From the NCBI GenBank assembly GCA_036918135.1, contig JBALDB010000067.1, positions 1 through 64,000 on the forward strand: a stretch of DNA of 64,000 nucleotides. The letters run 5' to 3'. The notes below the pieces were generated by a model, which saw only the letters and a list, made by a program, of their open reading frames with translations, had not been told where the DNA came from and searched no databases. This document shows, in pieces, positions 9,845-20,622 of this stretch. The stretch is from Nostoc sp. GTDB lineage: Bacteria > Cyanobacteriota > Cyanobacteriia > Cyanobacteriales > Nostocaceae. Both the position numbers and the translations under genes were made by a program. How positions within the stretch are numbered: position 1 is the stretch's first letter; every line of letters begins with the position of its first letter.

Positions 9845-11536
9845 TTAACTGTGTGTTTCGCACACTTCCTCATCACGCCACAATTGATATAACCGTGTGG
9901 CTGGCATCGTCATATATAAAATATCACCTGGACTAAGGTTTGTTTCTAGCAAATCCCAACCGTGGAGAGTTTGATGAGTAGTTTCTACATATAAAGGTAC
10001 ACAATCAGTAAACATTGCTACATCTTTGATCCACTGACCGCAAAATGCGTGTGAAGGTGTAATTACTGTGGCAAAAGCCACCCAAAGACTATCTGCTGTA
10101 ATCCCATTACCAAGGATTCGTCCTCCTAGTGCCGCTGCTGCAAAAGCTGGGGCTGCTAATTCGGCAGGACTGAGTACTGCCTCGAAGTCAAATAGCTGTT
10201 GTGCTATGCCAGCAAAATCGGGATCGGCATAATGGACAATCACCGGAATACTTGGTGTCAAACTTTTGGCCTTGAGAGCAATCTCTAAATTAGTGGCATC
10301 ATTACTAGTTACAACAAGCACTGCGGCAGCAGAATTTATATTGCTAGCCTTGAGGATGGTAAGGAAGCTAGCATCACCTTGAATTACAGGAATACCTAGT
10401 CCTCTGGTGGTATTGACAAACCTATTATTGGAGTCGGTTTCAATCACCACCACTTCATGTCCGCTAGCGTGGAGTTGCTGGACAATTTTGACGCCAATAC
10501 CACTCAAGCCACAGACAATGTAATGATATCGCTGGGGAATTCGTGCTGCATCCCAAAATTGCCGAAAGCGGCTTCCCAAGACAAAATCAGTGAGCATTGC
10601 GTACCAGATACCAATCACCACTGCGCCAACCAGCATCATAATAACAGTAAATAATTTGATACTGTTGGGAGCATTTTCTACTACTTTGTCGTTACCACCT
10701 GCTCCGGTAATCATGCCTACAGAAAAATATAGAGCATCGATTACAGATAACTTCAGTTCGGTAGATGTGTAGGTGAGTGTGGCAAACAGAATAACTGCGA
10801 GTAAGACAACAGCACCAATAACTACCGATCGCCCATGTTGCTGAAACTCTCTAAGATTAGTTATAACTTTCAGCAATTTTCTAATTAACGATTTACGGAA
10901 AGGACGGGTACGAGGTTGTGTGCCAACAATTAAGCGATCGCCAACTTTTACTTGTTGTCCTGAAATGACAGCAGATACCAAATCCATTTCACCTTCTACT
11001 GGTAGATAATAAATTAGCATCCGCGATCGGTCTTCCCACAATTCACTCAGCTTTCGACCTTTCCACAAATGATTTTCATCAATGTATTCTTCATGAATTG
11101 GCCAAGTTTGCTCAAATAACTTAATTTGCCCGATCGCTTCACTTCCCAGTGCTGCAAAGGTGAATACCGGTGCTGCTAATCCCACAACACTCATACTCAA
11201 ATGGTCTGGCAAAGTCTGATCTAAGCGCTCTCCCAAATTTGTATTATAAAAGCGGTTGATAATCCGAATCTGGGGATTGAGCGCTCGCGCTTGCATCATA
11301 ATTGACAAATTTAGTTCATCTTTAGATCCAGCGATTACTAAAGTGTGCGCCTGCTCAATTCCTGCTACTTTTAAGGTAGCTGCTGCTTGCAAATCACCAA
11401 CAATCACATCTGGCGCAGTTTCGCCTGGGATAGGTTGATAATGAATGCCAACAACAAATGCTCCCTGTTGTCTGAGCAAACGAAAGATTTTATATCCAGT
11501 ACGTCCTAATCCACAAACAATAATTCTAGGTTTCAT
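9845..11536 (-). CDS. TrkA-N (RCK) domain potassium channel family protein
   Basis: Two Rossmann motifs (IVCGLGRTG, IVCGLSGIG) flank a two-TM pore-like segment (DALYFSVGMITGAG). Confidence 0.88.
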   Translation of the reverse strand: MKPRIIVCGLGRTGYKIFRLLRQQGAFVVGIHYQPIPGETAPDVIVGDLQAAATLKVAGIEQAHTLVIAGSKDELNLSIMMQARALNPQIRIINRFYNTNLGERLDQTLPDHLSMSVVGLAAPVFTFAALGSEAIGQIKLFEQTWPIHEEYIDENHLWKGRKLSELWEDRSRMLIYYLPVEGEMDLVSAVISGQQVKVGDRLIVGTQPRTRPFRKSLIRKLLKVITNLREFQQHGRSVVIGAVVLLAVILFATLTYTSTELKLSVIDALYFSVGMITGAGGNDKVVENAPNSIKLFTVIMMLVGAVVIGIWYAMLTDFVLGSRFRQFWDAARIPQRYHYIVCGLSGIGVKIVQQLHASGHEVVVIETDSNNRFVNTTRGLGIPVIQGDASFLTILKASNINSAAAVLVVTSNDATNLEIALKAKSLTPSIPVIVHYADPDFAGIAQQLFDFEAVLSPAELAAPAFAAAALGGRILGNGITADSLWVAFATVITPSHAFCGQWIKDVAMFTDCVPLYVETTHQTLHGWDLLETNLSPGDILYMTMPATRLYQLWRDEEVCETHS

Positions 11537-11875
11537 GAAACGGCAGCATCTTTTACAGGCGGGGCTGCATTTCTAGTTATTTATCCAAATTATTGCGTGC
11601 TTTCTTAAAATATAACTGTAGCTGACAACACGATTGCTTCAATTGAAAGAGTTAGGACTGGGGAGATGGGTGAGAGATGGGGAGACGCTCTGACGCTCTG
11701 ATGCGGGTACACAGGGACAAGGTGACTAATAACTAATCACTATAATCAATGAGAAATGACAAATCTAAAACAGTATTAAATCTCAATAATACTTCTCTAG
11801 ATACTCATCAGTTGATAACAAAATTTTTTAAAATTAAATCACAAGAAGATGTTAATAAATTAAGAAATTCAGTTC

Positions 11876-12829
11876 ATGACTGCAATCCAGTTCCAGAATT
11901 TACTTCATACACAGCAACAAAAAGGCACTCTATCCCACTTGGGGCTGGTTTGTATCACTGTTGATAAACAAGTGCGCTTTCGGACAATGACGCGCACGCG
12001 CTACTTAAAACTTACTCTTGAGCAACGTGAAACTGCCTTAAGAGAACTGTATCAGCATAACTTGCAGCGTTTACATGACGCTCTATCTTTTTGTCAAGAA
12101 AATCAGATTCAACTATATCGGATCTCCTCTGCTTTATTTCCTCTGTGCGATATGGAAGACGAAATCGGCACAAATATATTAGAGGAAATGAGCGATCGAC
12201 TAGCAGAAATAGGGGAACGTGCAAAAGTATTAAACATTAGAATGCTGCTGCATCCAGATCAATTTGTAGTGCTGAGTTCTGATTCCCCAGAAGTAGTAAA
12301 AACAAGTATCAAAATTCTGGAACGACACGCCCGTAACTTTGATTTATTAGGCTTACCTCAATCGCCTTGGTCATTGATGAATATTCACGGTGGTAAATCT
12401 CAACGCAGCGAACAACTTATAAAGGTAATTTCAGAATTACCAGAAACAATTAAAAATCGCTTGACTTTAGAAAATGATGAATATGCCTATAGTGCAAGTG
12501 AAATTTTAGCAGTGTGTCAGCAAGCAGGGATACCAATGGTATTCGACGCTCATCACCATATTTGTCATGAAAATTTAGACAGCTATGACGACCCAAGTGT
12601 AGCATCTATGGTATATGCAGCACGAGAAACTTGGGTAAATCCAGATTGGCAATTAGTCCATATTTCCAATGGTGAAGAAGCTTTCAACGATAGAAAGCAT
12701 AGTGATTTAATTACCGATATGCCCAGTGTTTACCACGAAGTACCTTGGATAGAAGTCGAAGCTAAACGCAAAGAAGAAGCGATCGCTCATTTGCATTCTT
12801 GGTGGCTGACGGAGAACAATCACAAATGA
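11876..12829 (+). CDS. uvsE: UV DNA damage repair endonuclease
   Basis: YRISS.LFP, HPDQFVVLSS, NIHGG, LTLENDE, FDAHHH, HSD and EVEAK motifs of UvsE/UvdE. Confidence 0.9.
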   Translation: MTAIQFQNLLHTQQQKGTLSHLGLVCITVDKQVRFRTMTRTRYLKLTLEQRETALRELYQHNLQRLHDALSFCQENQIQLYRISSALFPLCDMEDEIGTNILEEMSDRLAEIGERAKVLNIRMLLHPDQFVVLSSDSPEVVKTSIKILERHARNFDLLGLPQSPWSLMNIHGGKSQRSEQLIKVISELPETIKNRLTLENDEYAYSASEILAVCQQAGIPMVFDAHHHICHENLDSYDDPSVASMVYAARETWVNPDWQLVHISNGEEAFNDRKHSDLITDMPSVYHEVPWIEVEAKRKEEAIAHLHSWWLTENNHK

Positions 12830-12985
12830 ATCAGAACTCAGAATCTATCAGAAAATCAGTTTGGAGTACGACTCAATAGTATATTGTTAACTACTAAATC
12901 AAAAATTTAGTGTGCTGTTTGACTATTTCCTTAACAGCCAGTCTGACTCTTGAATTCTGAGTTTTGAATTCCTTCTTGATAAAAT

Positions 12986-14584
12986 ATGGCGATCGCAATC
13001 GATTTTGGTACTAGCAACACAGTCATTGCTCGCTGGAACCCTATAACCCAGCAGCCAGAAACCCTGAATCTACCCAGTTTATCCATTAAACAAAGTCTCA
13101 ATCCGCCACTGATTCCGAGCCTAGTTTATGTTGAAGACGCAGCAGAAAGTAAAATCTTAGTTGGTCAACAAGTACGCGATCGCGGTCTTGACCTCAAAAG
13201 CGAAACTAGATTTTTCCGCAGTTTCAAGCGTGGGATCGGTACGAATATTCAAGGTTTCTTACCTGAGTTAGATGGGCAAATTGTCACCTTTGAGCAGATA
13301 GGGCAATGGTTCCTTACCCAAGTGATTGAAGAACTAGCACCCTTGGAAGGTGGATTAGATTCGCTAGTGTTAACTGTACCTGTAGATAGTTTTGAAGCCT
13401 ATCGTCATTGGTTGGGAAAAGTTTGCCAGTCCCTCAAAGTTGAACAAGTGCGAATGTTAGATGAACCCACAGCGGCCGCTTTGGGTTATGGTTTGGCAGA
13501 TCGAGAAATTCTCTTGGTAATTGACTTTGGTGGCGGTACTTTGGATTTATCGCTTGTGCGGTTGGATCGAGGCGTCCAAGCGACTACAAAACCTGTGGGA
13601 TTTCTGCTTAAATGGGGTAATAAATCCTTAGCCGAAGATTCCAAACAAAAAGTCAAAACGGCCCGTGTCTTGGCGAAAGCAGGGCAGAATTTGGGCGGTA
13701 CTGATATTGATAATTGGTTAGTAGATTACTTTGCCAAAACTCAAGGGCTGGCAGTAAGTCCTTTAACAACAAGATTGGCAGAACGAGTAAAAATTCAGCT
13801 ATCAAGTCAAAATCAAGCCAGTGAAGTTTATTTTGACGATGAGACATTTGAAAGTTATGAACTGGAATTAAACCGCGACACATTTGAAAATGTCCTCAAA
13901 GAACACGCATTTTTTGAGTTATTAGATGAATCGATGACCACACTGTTGCAACAAGCAAGACGCCAAGGGATAGAAATTGCAGATATTAATGCAGTTTTGT
14001 TAGTTGGTGGGACTGTACAATTGCCAGCAGTGCAGACATGGATCAAACAGTATTTTGAGCCAGAAAAAATTCGTTGCGAACGTCCCTTTGAAGCGATCGC
14101 CCAAGGTGCATTACAAATCGCCCAAGGCATTGAAATAAAAGACTTTCTTTATCATAGTTATGGTATTCGCTACTGGGATCGCCGCAATGGGCGTCACCAT
14201 TGGCATCCAATTATTAAAGGTGGACAGCCATATCCCATGAGTCAGCCAGTGGAATTAGTTCTAGGCGCTTCTATGGAAAATCAGCCCAGCATCGAATTAA
14301 TTATGGGAGAATTGGGAGCAGATACAGGCAACACTGAAGTTTATTTTGATGGCGATCGCCTGATTACTCGCCGTCTTGAGACTAGCGAAACCACCGTCAA
14401 ACCCCTCAACGATAAAGAAGGCGCTAGAACAATTGCCCAACTCACACCAAAAGGGTTTCCTGGGAGCGATCGGATTAAAATCTTCTTTCAAGTTGATGAG
14501 CAACGCTTTTTACGAATCACCGTTGAAGATTTGTTAACGAATAACACACTTTTAGAAAATCAACTCGTGGCACAGTTGAGTTAA
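12986..14584 (+). CDS. Hsp70 family protein (DnaK-like, non-canonical)
   Basis: AIDFGTSNT, DEPTAAALGY, DFGGGTLD and LLVGG motifs. Shorter than canonical DnaK. Confidence 0.9.
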   Translation: MAIAIDFGTSNTVIARWNPITQQPETLNLPSLSIKQSLNPPLIPSLVYVEDAAESKILVGQQVRDRGLDLKSETRFFRSFKRGIGTNIQGFLPELDGQIVTFEQIGQWFLTQVIEELAPLEGGLDSLVLTVPVDSFEAYRHWLGKVCQSLKVEQVRMLDEPTAAALGYGLADREILLVIDFGGGTLDLSLVRLDRGVQATTKPVGFLLKWGNKSLAEDSKQKVKTARVLAKAGQNLGGTDIDNWLVDYFAKTQGLAVSPLTTRLAERVKIQLSSQNQASEVYFDDETFESYELELNRDTFENVLKEHAFFELLDESMTTLLQQARRQGIEIADINAVLLVGGTVQLPAVQTWIKQYFEPEKIRCERPFEAIAQGALQIAQGIEIKDFLYHSYGIRYWDRRNGRHHWHPIIKGGQPYPMSQPVELVLGASMENQPSIELIMGELGADTGNTEVYFDGDRLITRRLETSETTVKPLNDKEGARTIAQLTPKGFPGSDRIKIFFQVDEQRFLRITVEDLLTNNTLLENQLVAQLS

Positions 14585-14683
14585 GGAATTAGCAATAAGT
14601 AATATCAAGCTTGGTATGTAGCGGGCTTAATATTACTTATCTTTTATTTATGCTAAAACTAGCCAAATTAAAGATTTCTAAGA

Positions 14684-14905
14684 TTAACCTTTTCGCTTTT
14701 CTTCCAACTTCTTAAGGTGTTCTTGGATTGCTACTTCCATAATAGCAATATTCTCAAGTGTATCTGGAATAGGGTATAAATCAGTATATTCAGAACTTGC
14801 TTCCAGGCGATCGGCAAGTTTGTAAAATGCTTCGTCATCATTTTGATGTAACAGAAGATAAGCCCGTAGTTGGGCGATGCTTATTGTGTCAAAATCTGGT
14901 TTCAT
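14684..14905 (-). CDS. DUF6887-like small protein
   Basis: MKPDF..S.AQLRAYLL.H..DDEAFYKLADR pattern of this cyanobacterial family. ATGA overlap with the upstream DUF6888-like tail. Confidence 0.75.
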   Translation of the reverse strand: MKPDFDTISIAQLRAYLLLHQNDDEAFYKLADRLEASSEYTDLYPIPDTLENIAIMEVAIQEHLKKLEEKRKG

Positions 14906-14937
14906 CTAAACCTCCACTTGCCATCAAGGTAAATCTT
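14902..14937 (-). pseudogene. 3' fragment of a DUF6888-like gene (KIYLDGKWRFR*)
   Basis: Manual translation. The stop TGA (14902-14904) overlaps the DUF6887-like ATG, as in coupled gene pairs. Confidence 0.6.
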
Positions 14938-14986
14938 GTAGCTTTTGTAATTGGCTATCTGAAATATTAATAGTTATCGGAGCCAT
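14924..14986 (-). pseudogene. Truncated N-terminus of a small RHH-like DNA-binding/antitoxin protein
   Basis: MAPITINISDSQLQKLQDL(P*) with an AGGA RBS-like motif upstream. It resembles the start of cyanobacterial RHH-type antitoxins and ends at the junction with the DUF6888-like tail. Confidence 0.5.
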
Positions 14987-15036
14987 GACCATCAATTCCT
15001 CGCATCTCTGAGTTGAGTTTATTTAGAAAACACAAA

Positions 15037-15845
15037 CTACGTTGAAGGCGATCGCACTACTGCCTCAGTTAGGCAGAGAATTGGATATTTTTTAAGAATG
15101 GGTTCTATACTGATATCTGTCAAATATATAGTTAACCCAAGCATATAACCCGTTTCTGTAAAGCAATAAAGGGCTGTAAATGAGTCTGTATTGGCAGCTT
15201 GCCATAGTTCGATAGTACGACCAATACGTTTTAGTTCTAAGTAAACCTTTTCATCATTTGTAATGAACTTAAGGTAATTCGGTTCACTTTTTTTGATAGT
15301 TACTATTCCAGATTCTAGTTCGATTTGTTTATCTTCTAGAGTAAGCTTGTTACTGCGAATCGCTTCCCACCCAAAATAACTTATCATTACGGCAACTTTA
15401 TACCCTTGCTTATATAACTCTTCTGCTTCTTTATGCTCTTTCTGGACACTTCGCTCAAGTTCAGCCCGAATATCGTATGGATATCCAGCGTCAGCAGCGT
15501 CGTAAGTTCCTGTATGTTCTTTTAAGAGTTTAAGACCAGCAGCTGGAAGAGGATTCCACAAATGAAGAGTTGCCATATTCACCTTAGCCACACATATTCC
15601 AGCTTCAACTGCTTTAGCATACGCAAGATATGCAAGTGAATAGAGTTTTAGCTCATGAAACGCACGCCCTAGATTATTTGCAGCAGTTCCTTAAGAGCAA
15701 CTGCAAGTTCTTGATCAGGGTTAGTACGATAGGAAATAAATACCTCAAAATCACTGGAAACCTTTTCAGTTTTAGAACTGCTATTGCTTGACTGACTTAT
15801 TTTAACTACTGAGGATTGTAGAGATGCATGAACATTATCTGACAT
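15037..15845 (-). pseudogene. TIR-domain/TPR protein with internal deletion and frameshift
   Basis: 15669-15845 encodes 58 aa ending DFEVFISYRTNPDQELAVALKELL (TIR beta-A/alpha-A). A second frame, open from 15690 to 15037, starts TAANNLGRAFHELKLYSLAYLAYAKAVEAG (TPR-like) and runs into the 184-aa ORF. Confidence 0.7.
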
Positions 15846-16051
15846 AATTTACTGATTTAATAATTATTTTGAGCGGACAGCCTTGTAATAAGTTTTTTGA
15901 GCAGCAAGACCAAGTATAGCTTTCTGTTTTTTAGAACCAATATGGTTCACTTTAAAAAAGAAAATGAGGGGAGGTGTGAAATTGCGCGCGCTCTCCACAA
16001 CAATAACTATTGTTTAACTACTGTTCAAAGAACAGCCACATTAGCGCTCGC

Positions 16052-16159
16052 AAGTGCAATCTCATCACTTACCCCAGTTTGAATGTAAATGGTCTTGAAT
16101 TTCTAATAATAACGAAAAACTTGAATTGGCTCGGACTGGCAAAATACCATAGCGATCGC
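16052..16159 (-). pseudogene. 5'/middle fragment of a DUF6888-like gene
   Basis: AIAMVFCQSEPIQVFRYY*KFKTIYIQTGVSDEIAL, with an in-frame TAG at 16103-16105. Confidence 0.6.
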
Positions 16160-16233
16160 TCTTGATAGCAGAATTACTAAAGTTTGAGACAGTTCTACAA
16201 TAAAGGCAAAGACGTTGAGGTTGAACTAACCTA

Positions 16234-16734
16234 ATGCGTATACCTGAAACAAACCCAAAGATACCAATGCCTTCACTAAGCCTCTACGAAACTGATTTTT
16301 ATGCTTGGACACAGGAACAAGCAACTTTACTTCGCAATGAGCAGTGGAGTCAGATTGATGTGCAAAATCTGATTGAGGAGATTCAATCTTTGGGTAAACA
16401 GCAACGTCAAGAACTACGAAACCGCTTAAGTGTTTTGATTGGACATTTACTAAAATGGCAGTACCAGTCAGGGTGTCGTAGCCGTAGCTGGTTAGCAACA
16501 CTTCGTATTCAACGCTTAGATATTACTGAACTGCTTGAAGACAATCCTAGCCTAAAGCCCTACCTTGAAGAAGCACTTGGCAAAGCCTACCTTAAAGGTG
16601 TGGAATTAGCTGTTGGAGAAACAGATTTGCCCAAGCGTACTTTTCCGGTAGAGTGTCCCTACAGTTTGTCAGAGATTGTGGACTATGACTTCTACCCCGG
16701 CGAACCAAGCAAATTAGTAGATGAATCAGAGTAG
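16234..16734 (+). CDS. DUF29 domain protein
   Basis: LYETDFYAWTQEQA.LL, NLIEEI.SLGK, HLLKWQYQ and NPSLKPYL motifs. Confidence 0.92.
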   Translation: MRIPETNPKIPMPSLSLYETDFYAWTQEQATLLRNEQWSQIDVQNLIEEIQSLGKQQRQELRNRLSVLIGHLLKWQYQSGCRSRSWLATLRIQRLDITELLEDNPSLKPYLEEALGKAYLKGVELAVGETDLPKRTFPVECPYSLSEIVDYDFYPGEPSKLVDESE

Positions 16735-16765
16735 TAATTTGATGCTTTTAGTTTGATTAAGATTG

Positions 16766-19700
16766 TCAAACAACGGCCGCCTCTGGAATCGCACCTTGCA
16801 TTCTCCCAAAAGCATCAATTAAACTTTGCAATTGTTGGTCGGCTTTAAAAACTCCTAAACCACGCACTGTAACTTTACCAGGAGAATACACAAAGCGGGT
16901 CTTAAGATTGTCTGGTAAATTCGCCGCTAACAAATTCCAACCTGGTTCTTCCATTGGTGTTTCTAAAACAACGTGCTGCTTGTTTTCTGGTTTAATGCGG
17001 CTAAATCCGAGTTTTTTCGCTAACTGTTTGAGTTCCATAACTCGCAGCAGTTGATTGGCTGGTACTGGCAAAGTACCATAGCGATCGCTCCATTCAGCTG
17101 CAATCTGCTTTAACTCTGATTTCGATTTCACCGTAGCTACCGCTCGGTAAGCACTCATCTTTTGATCCAAATCAGTAATATAATCTGCGGGAATAAATGC
17201 CGTCAGGTTGAGGTCAATCTGAGTATCTTCAACTTGGGGAATTTCTTGACCGCGAATTTCTCGAATTGCTTCTTCCAGCATTTCCATGTATAAATCAAAA
17301 CCGATGGCATCCATTTGACCGGATTGTTCTGCACCCAGCAAGTTACCCACACCGCGAATTTCCATATCGCGCATCGCCAATTGATACCCAGAACCCAGCT
17401 GAGTGAATTCCTGAATTGCTCGCAACCGTTGGCGTGCCGCATCAGATAAAGTCCGCTGCTTGGGATAAAATAGCCAAGCATGAGCTTGGATACCTGCACG
17501 TCCCACACGACCGCGTAATTGATACAGCTGTGCCAAACCAAAGCGGTGAGCGTCTTCAATTAAAATGGTGTTGACTCGCGGAATATCTAAGCCTGATTCA
17601 ATAATTGTCGTACAAACGAGGATATCTGCTTCACCATTGCTGAAAGTGAGCATGGTTGATTCTAACTGGCTTTCATCCATTTGACCGTGAGCGATCGCAA
17701 ACCTACCCCCCGGTATCATTTCTCGTAAGTTGGCGGTTGTCTCTTCAATGCCTTCAACTCGTGGAACTACATAAAAAACCTGCCCACCTCTGTCTAATTC
17801 TTGACGTATAGCACTACGGACACTTTCGGGATTCAGCGGTGCCAGGTGAGTTTTAATCGGGCGTCTAGTTGGAGGTGGTGTGGTAATTAAACTCATTTCC
17901 CGAATTCCTGACAAAGACATATACAAGGTACGGGGAATCGGAGTAGCGGAGAGAGTCAACACGTCAACTTGAGTTTTCAAGCTTTTAATTTTCTCTTTTT
18001 GGTTCACCCCAAACCGTTGTTCTTCATCCACCACCAACAGTCCTAAATCCTTGAATGATACGCCTTTGCCTAAAAGTTGGTGTGTACCAACAACTACATC
18101 GAGTTCACCCGTTACCAATCGCTTTTGAATCTCGCGGCGTTCTTCAGCAGAACGGAAGCGATTGAGCAAACCGACATTCACCGGGTAGGGAGCAAAACGT
18201 TCTTTGAGTGTATGGTAGTGTTGCTGTGTTAAAATAGTCGTTGGCGCAAGGAGTGCCACTTGTTTACCGGCGGTGACTGCTTTAAAAACAGCACGAATCG
18301 CCACTTCCGTCTTCCCAAAACCGACATCGCCACAAACTAAGCGATCCATCGGGCGATCGCTTTCCATGTCGCGTTTGACATCTTGTACAGCTTTTAGCTG
18401 GTCTGTTGTGGGTTGGTAGGGGAAAGAGTCTTCTAATTCCTCCTGCCAAGGCATATCAGTTGGGAAACTAAAACCTTGTTGTTGCGATCGCGCTGCATAT
18501 AATTTTAGCAAGTCCACCGCCAGTTTCTTAATGGCTTTGCGAACTTTGTTCTTGGTATTCTCCCAAGCTTTACCAGTCATCTTGTTCAGTTCTGGCGCTT
18601 TATCAGCTCCGGCGCGGAACCGAGATAAAGCACCCAATTGATCGGCTGCGACTCTTAGTAACCCGTCGGCATATTGCACTACTAAATAATCACGGGTTTC
18701 GTTGTTAATCGTCAGGCTTTCCAACTTGACAAATTTACCAACACCATGATTTCTGTGAACCACATAATCCCCTGGACGCAGCTTATTGGGATCGACTTGC
18801 TTAGAAGTAGCTTTGTGGCGCTTGCGGATAAAACCGGGAGTTGCTAAGGAATGCTGACCGTAAAATTCTCTGTCAGTGACAATTACCAACCTGTACGTAG
18901 GTAGAATAAAACCTTCTAGTTCCGCCAGCCCAGAATATTTGAGTGCGACGGGAGTATGGTTGATTTGTAGCTTTTCAATCGCTTGGTAGTCGCGGGGATT
19001 GGGAATAAATTGAGCCGGACAATCATGTTCTTGCAACAGCGACACAGAACGTGAAGGTTGAGCAGAAATCAGCCAGATAGAGAAATTGCGATCGCGCTCG
19101 TGGCGGATAGTTTCAGCTAGTTTCGCAAACTGATGTGGCGTTACCGGAACGCTTCTGCTGGCAAGATTAATGCCATCATTTTCCTCTGACAGTTCCGATA
19201 AATATAATGTTTGAAATTTCGCAACATCAAGCAAACATTCATCGAACGACCGATGAATTTTCGGTAGTTCACTGATGACTGATGACTGATGAGCAATGAG
19301 TGACCATTGTTCCTCGGCATTTTCTACCCAGCGATCGCTATGAGCATGACACTGTTCTGGCTCATCAATGGCAATTAAGGTGTTTTTCGGTAAGTAGTTT
19401 AGCAAAGATGCTGGTTGCTCGAATGCTAAACCTAAAAAACGACGACTACCTTCAATCACTCCTGAGTTTTGAGTGTCTAGTGCTGAGTCAGAATTTAACT
19501 CAGAACTCAGCACTCGAAACTCGGCACTATTTTTGAATGCTGCCGTGATAATGGGAGCAAAGCTAGTGGGAGTCAAAATTAACTGGTCAACTTTATCGAG
19601 GGCAGAACGTTGAGTTGCGGGGTCAAATTCGCGTATTTGTTCGATTTCGTCGCCAAACCATTCCAGCCTAACTGGTAACTCCGATGAAACCGGGAACACA

Positions 19701-20341
19701 TCAACAATATCGCCACGCCGACTCCACTGCCCTTCGGTTTCCACCAGAGGTACTCGTTCATACCCCAAAATAGTTATTTTCTCGCTAAAAGCATTGAGGT
19801 CTAACTCCATCCCCCGCTTCAGCGTCAAGCAAAATTCTTGAAATGCTTCTGGTGGTGGCAAATGAGGTTGTAGCGCCCCTTGAGTTGCCACAATCGCCAT
19901 ATTTGTCCTTTGTTCTACCCTGCGGGAAGCCACTGGCGCGTCTATGTCCTTAGTCATTTGGTTCGTTTCTAATGACAAATGACTAATGACTAATGACTCT
20001 TGACTTTTGACCAAATCTGCCAACACCTGCATTTGACCCCAACTCATCTCAGTTTCCGGGTCAAAAGGTTCGTAAGGGGAAGCTTCAGAGGTGGGGTAAA
20101 AATGTACTGTTTGCCATCCCATTGCCTCCAGTTGTGCAAAAACGCGTCCAGCTTCCTCCAGAGTGGCACATACCACGAACAAATTCCTGCCCTGAGTTTG
20201 CGCCAATGCTGAAGCCACCAAACCTTTTGGTAGTCGGGGAATGCCATTTAAGCGTAATTCCTGTTGACGATTTAACTTAGAAATAAATTCAATAGTGAGC
20301 GGCGATCGCCCTAAGGCACGCACAATAGAAGAAAATGACAT
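16766..20341 (-). CDS. mfd: Transcription-repair coupling factor
   Basis: UvrB-like region, CarD/RID domain ([12 protein letters not shown]), [23 protein letters not shown] and a TRCF C-terminal domain. ATG at 20341 preferred. Confidence 0.96.
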   Translation of the reverse strand: MSFSSIVRALGRSPLTIEFISKLNRQQELRLNGIPRLPKGLVASALAQTQGRNLFVVCATLEEAGRVFAQLEAMGWQTVHFYPTSEASPYEPFDPETEMSWGQMQVLADLVKSQESLVISHLSLETNQMTKDIDAPVASRRVEQRTNMAIVATQGALQPHLPPPEAFQEFCLTLKRGMELDLNAFSEKITILGYERVPLVETEGQWSRRGDIVDVFPVSSELPVRLEWFGDEIEQIREFDPATQRSALDKVDQLILTPTSFAPIITAAFKNSAEFRVLSSELNSDSALDTQNSGVIEGSRRFLGLAFEQPASLLNYLPKNTLIAIDEPEQCHAHSDRWVENAEEQWSLIAHQSSVISELPKIHRSFDECLLDVAKFQTLYLSELSEENDGINLASRSVPVTPHQFAKLAETIRHERDRNFSIWLISAQPSRSVSLLQEHDCPAQFIPNPRDYQAIEKLQINHTPVALKYSGLAELEGFILPTYRLVIVTDREFYGQHSLATPGFIRKRHKATSKQVDPNKLRPGDYVVHRNHGVGKFVKLESLTINNETRDYLVVQYADGLLRVAADQLGALSRFRAGADKAPELNKMTGKAWENTKNKVRKAIKKLAVDLLKLYAARSQQQGFSFPTDMPWQEELEDSFPYQPTTDQLKAVQDVKRDMESDRPMDRLVCGDVGFGKTEVAIRAVFKAVTAGKQVALLAPTTILTQQHYHTLKERFAPYPVNVGLLNRFRSAEERREIQKRLVTGELDVVVGTHQLLGKGVSFKDLGLLVVDEEQRFGVNQKEKIKSLKTQVDVLTLSATPIPRTLYMSLSGIREMSLITTPPPTRRPIKTHLAPLNPESVRSAIRQELDRGGQVFYVVPRVEGIEETTANLREMIPGGRFAIAHGQMDESQLESTMLTFSNGEADILVCTTIIESGLDIPRVNTILIEDAHRFGLAQLYQLRGRVGRAGIQAHAWLFYPKQRTLSDAARQRLRAIQEFTQLGSGYQLAMRDMEIRGVGNLLGAEQSGQMDAIGFDLYMEMLEEAIREIRGQEIPQVEDTQIDLNLTAFIPADYITDLDQKMSAYRAVATVKSKSELKQIAAEWSDRYGTLPVPANQLLRVMELKQLAKKLGFSRIKPENKQHVVLETPMEEPGWNLLAANLPDNLKTRFVYSPGKVTVRGLGVFKADQQLQSLIDAFGRMQGAIPEAAVV

Positions 20342-20622
20342 AAGTTCTACTAGCAATGGAAGTCTTGGCGCTGATTGAAAATCTTGAGGCAGTTTATGTT
20401 CACTATTTTAAAACTGTTGACTGATGACTGGTGACTGATGAAGGTTAATAGTCTACAGTGTGCTATTGGTGATTCCAAGAGTCCGAATAACTAGCGTCTC
20501 ATCAGTTAACCGTCAACCCATAACTATTACTTTGTCAACAGTCAAAGCATTTATCGAAATACATTTAATACTAGATACTAAGGATTGAGCTACGTTCGCT
20601 CTGATAAGCGATAACTTTAAAC

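Noticed and set aside
12986..14584. Canonical dnaK
   Set aside because: Too short, with a divergent substrate-binding region and no dnaJ/grpE context.
15897..16082. 61-aa plus-strand ORF
   Set aside because: No motif, and it overlaps the minus-strand DUF6888-like fragment.
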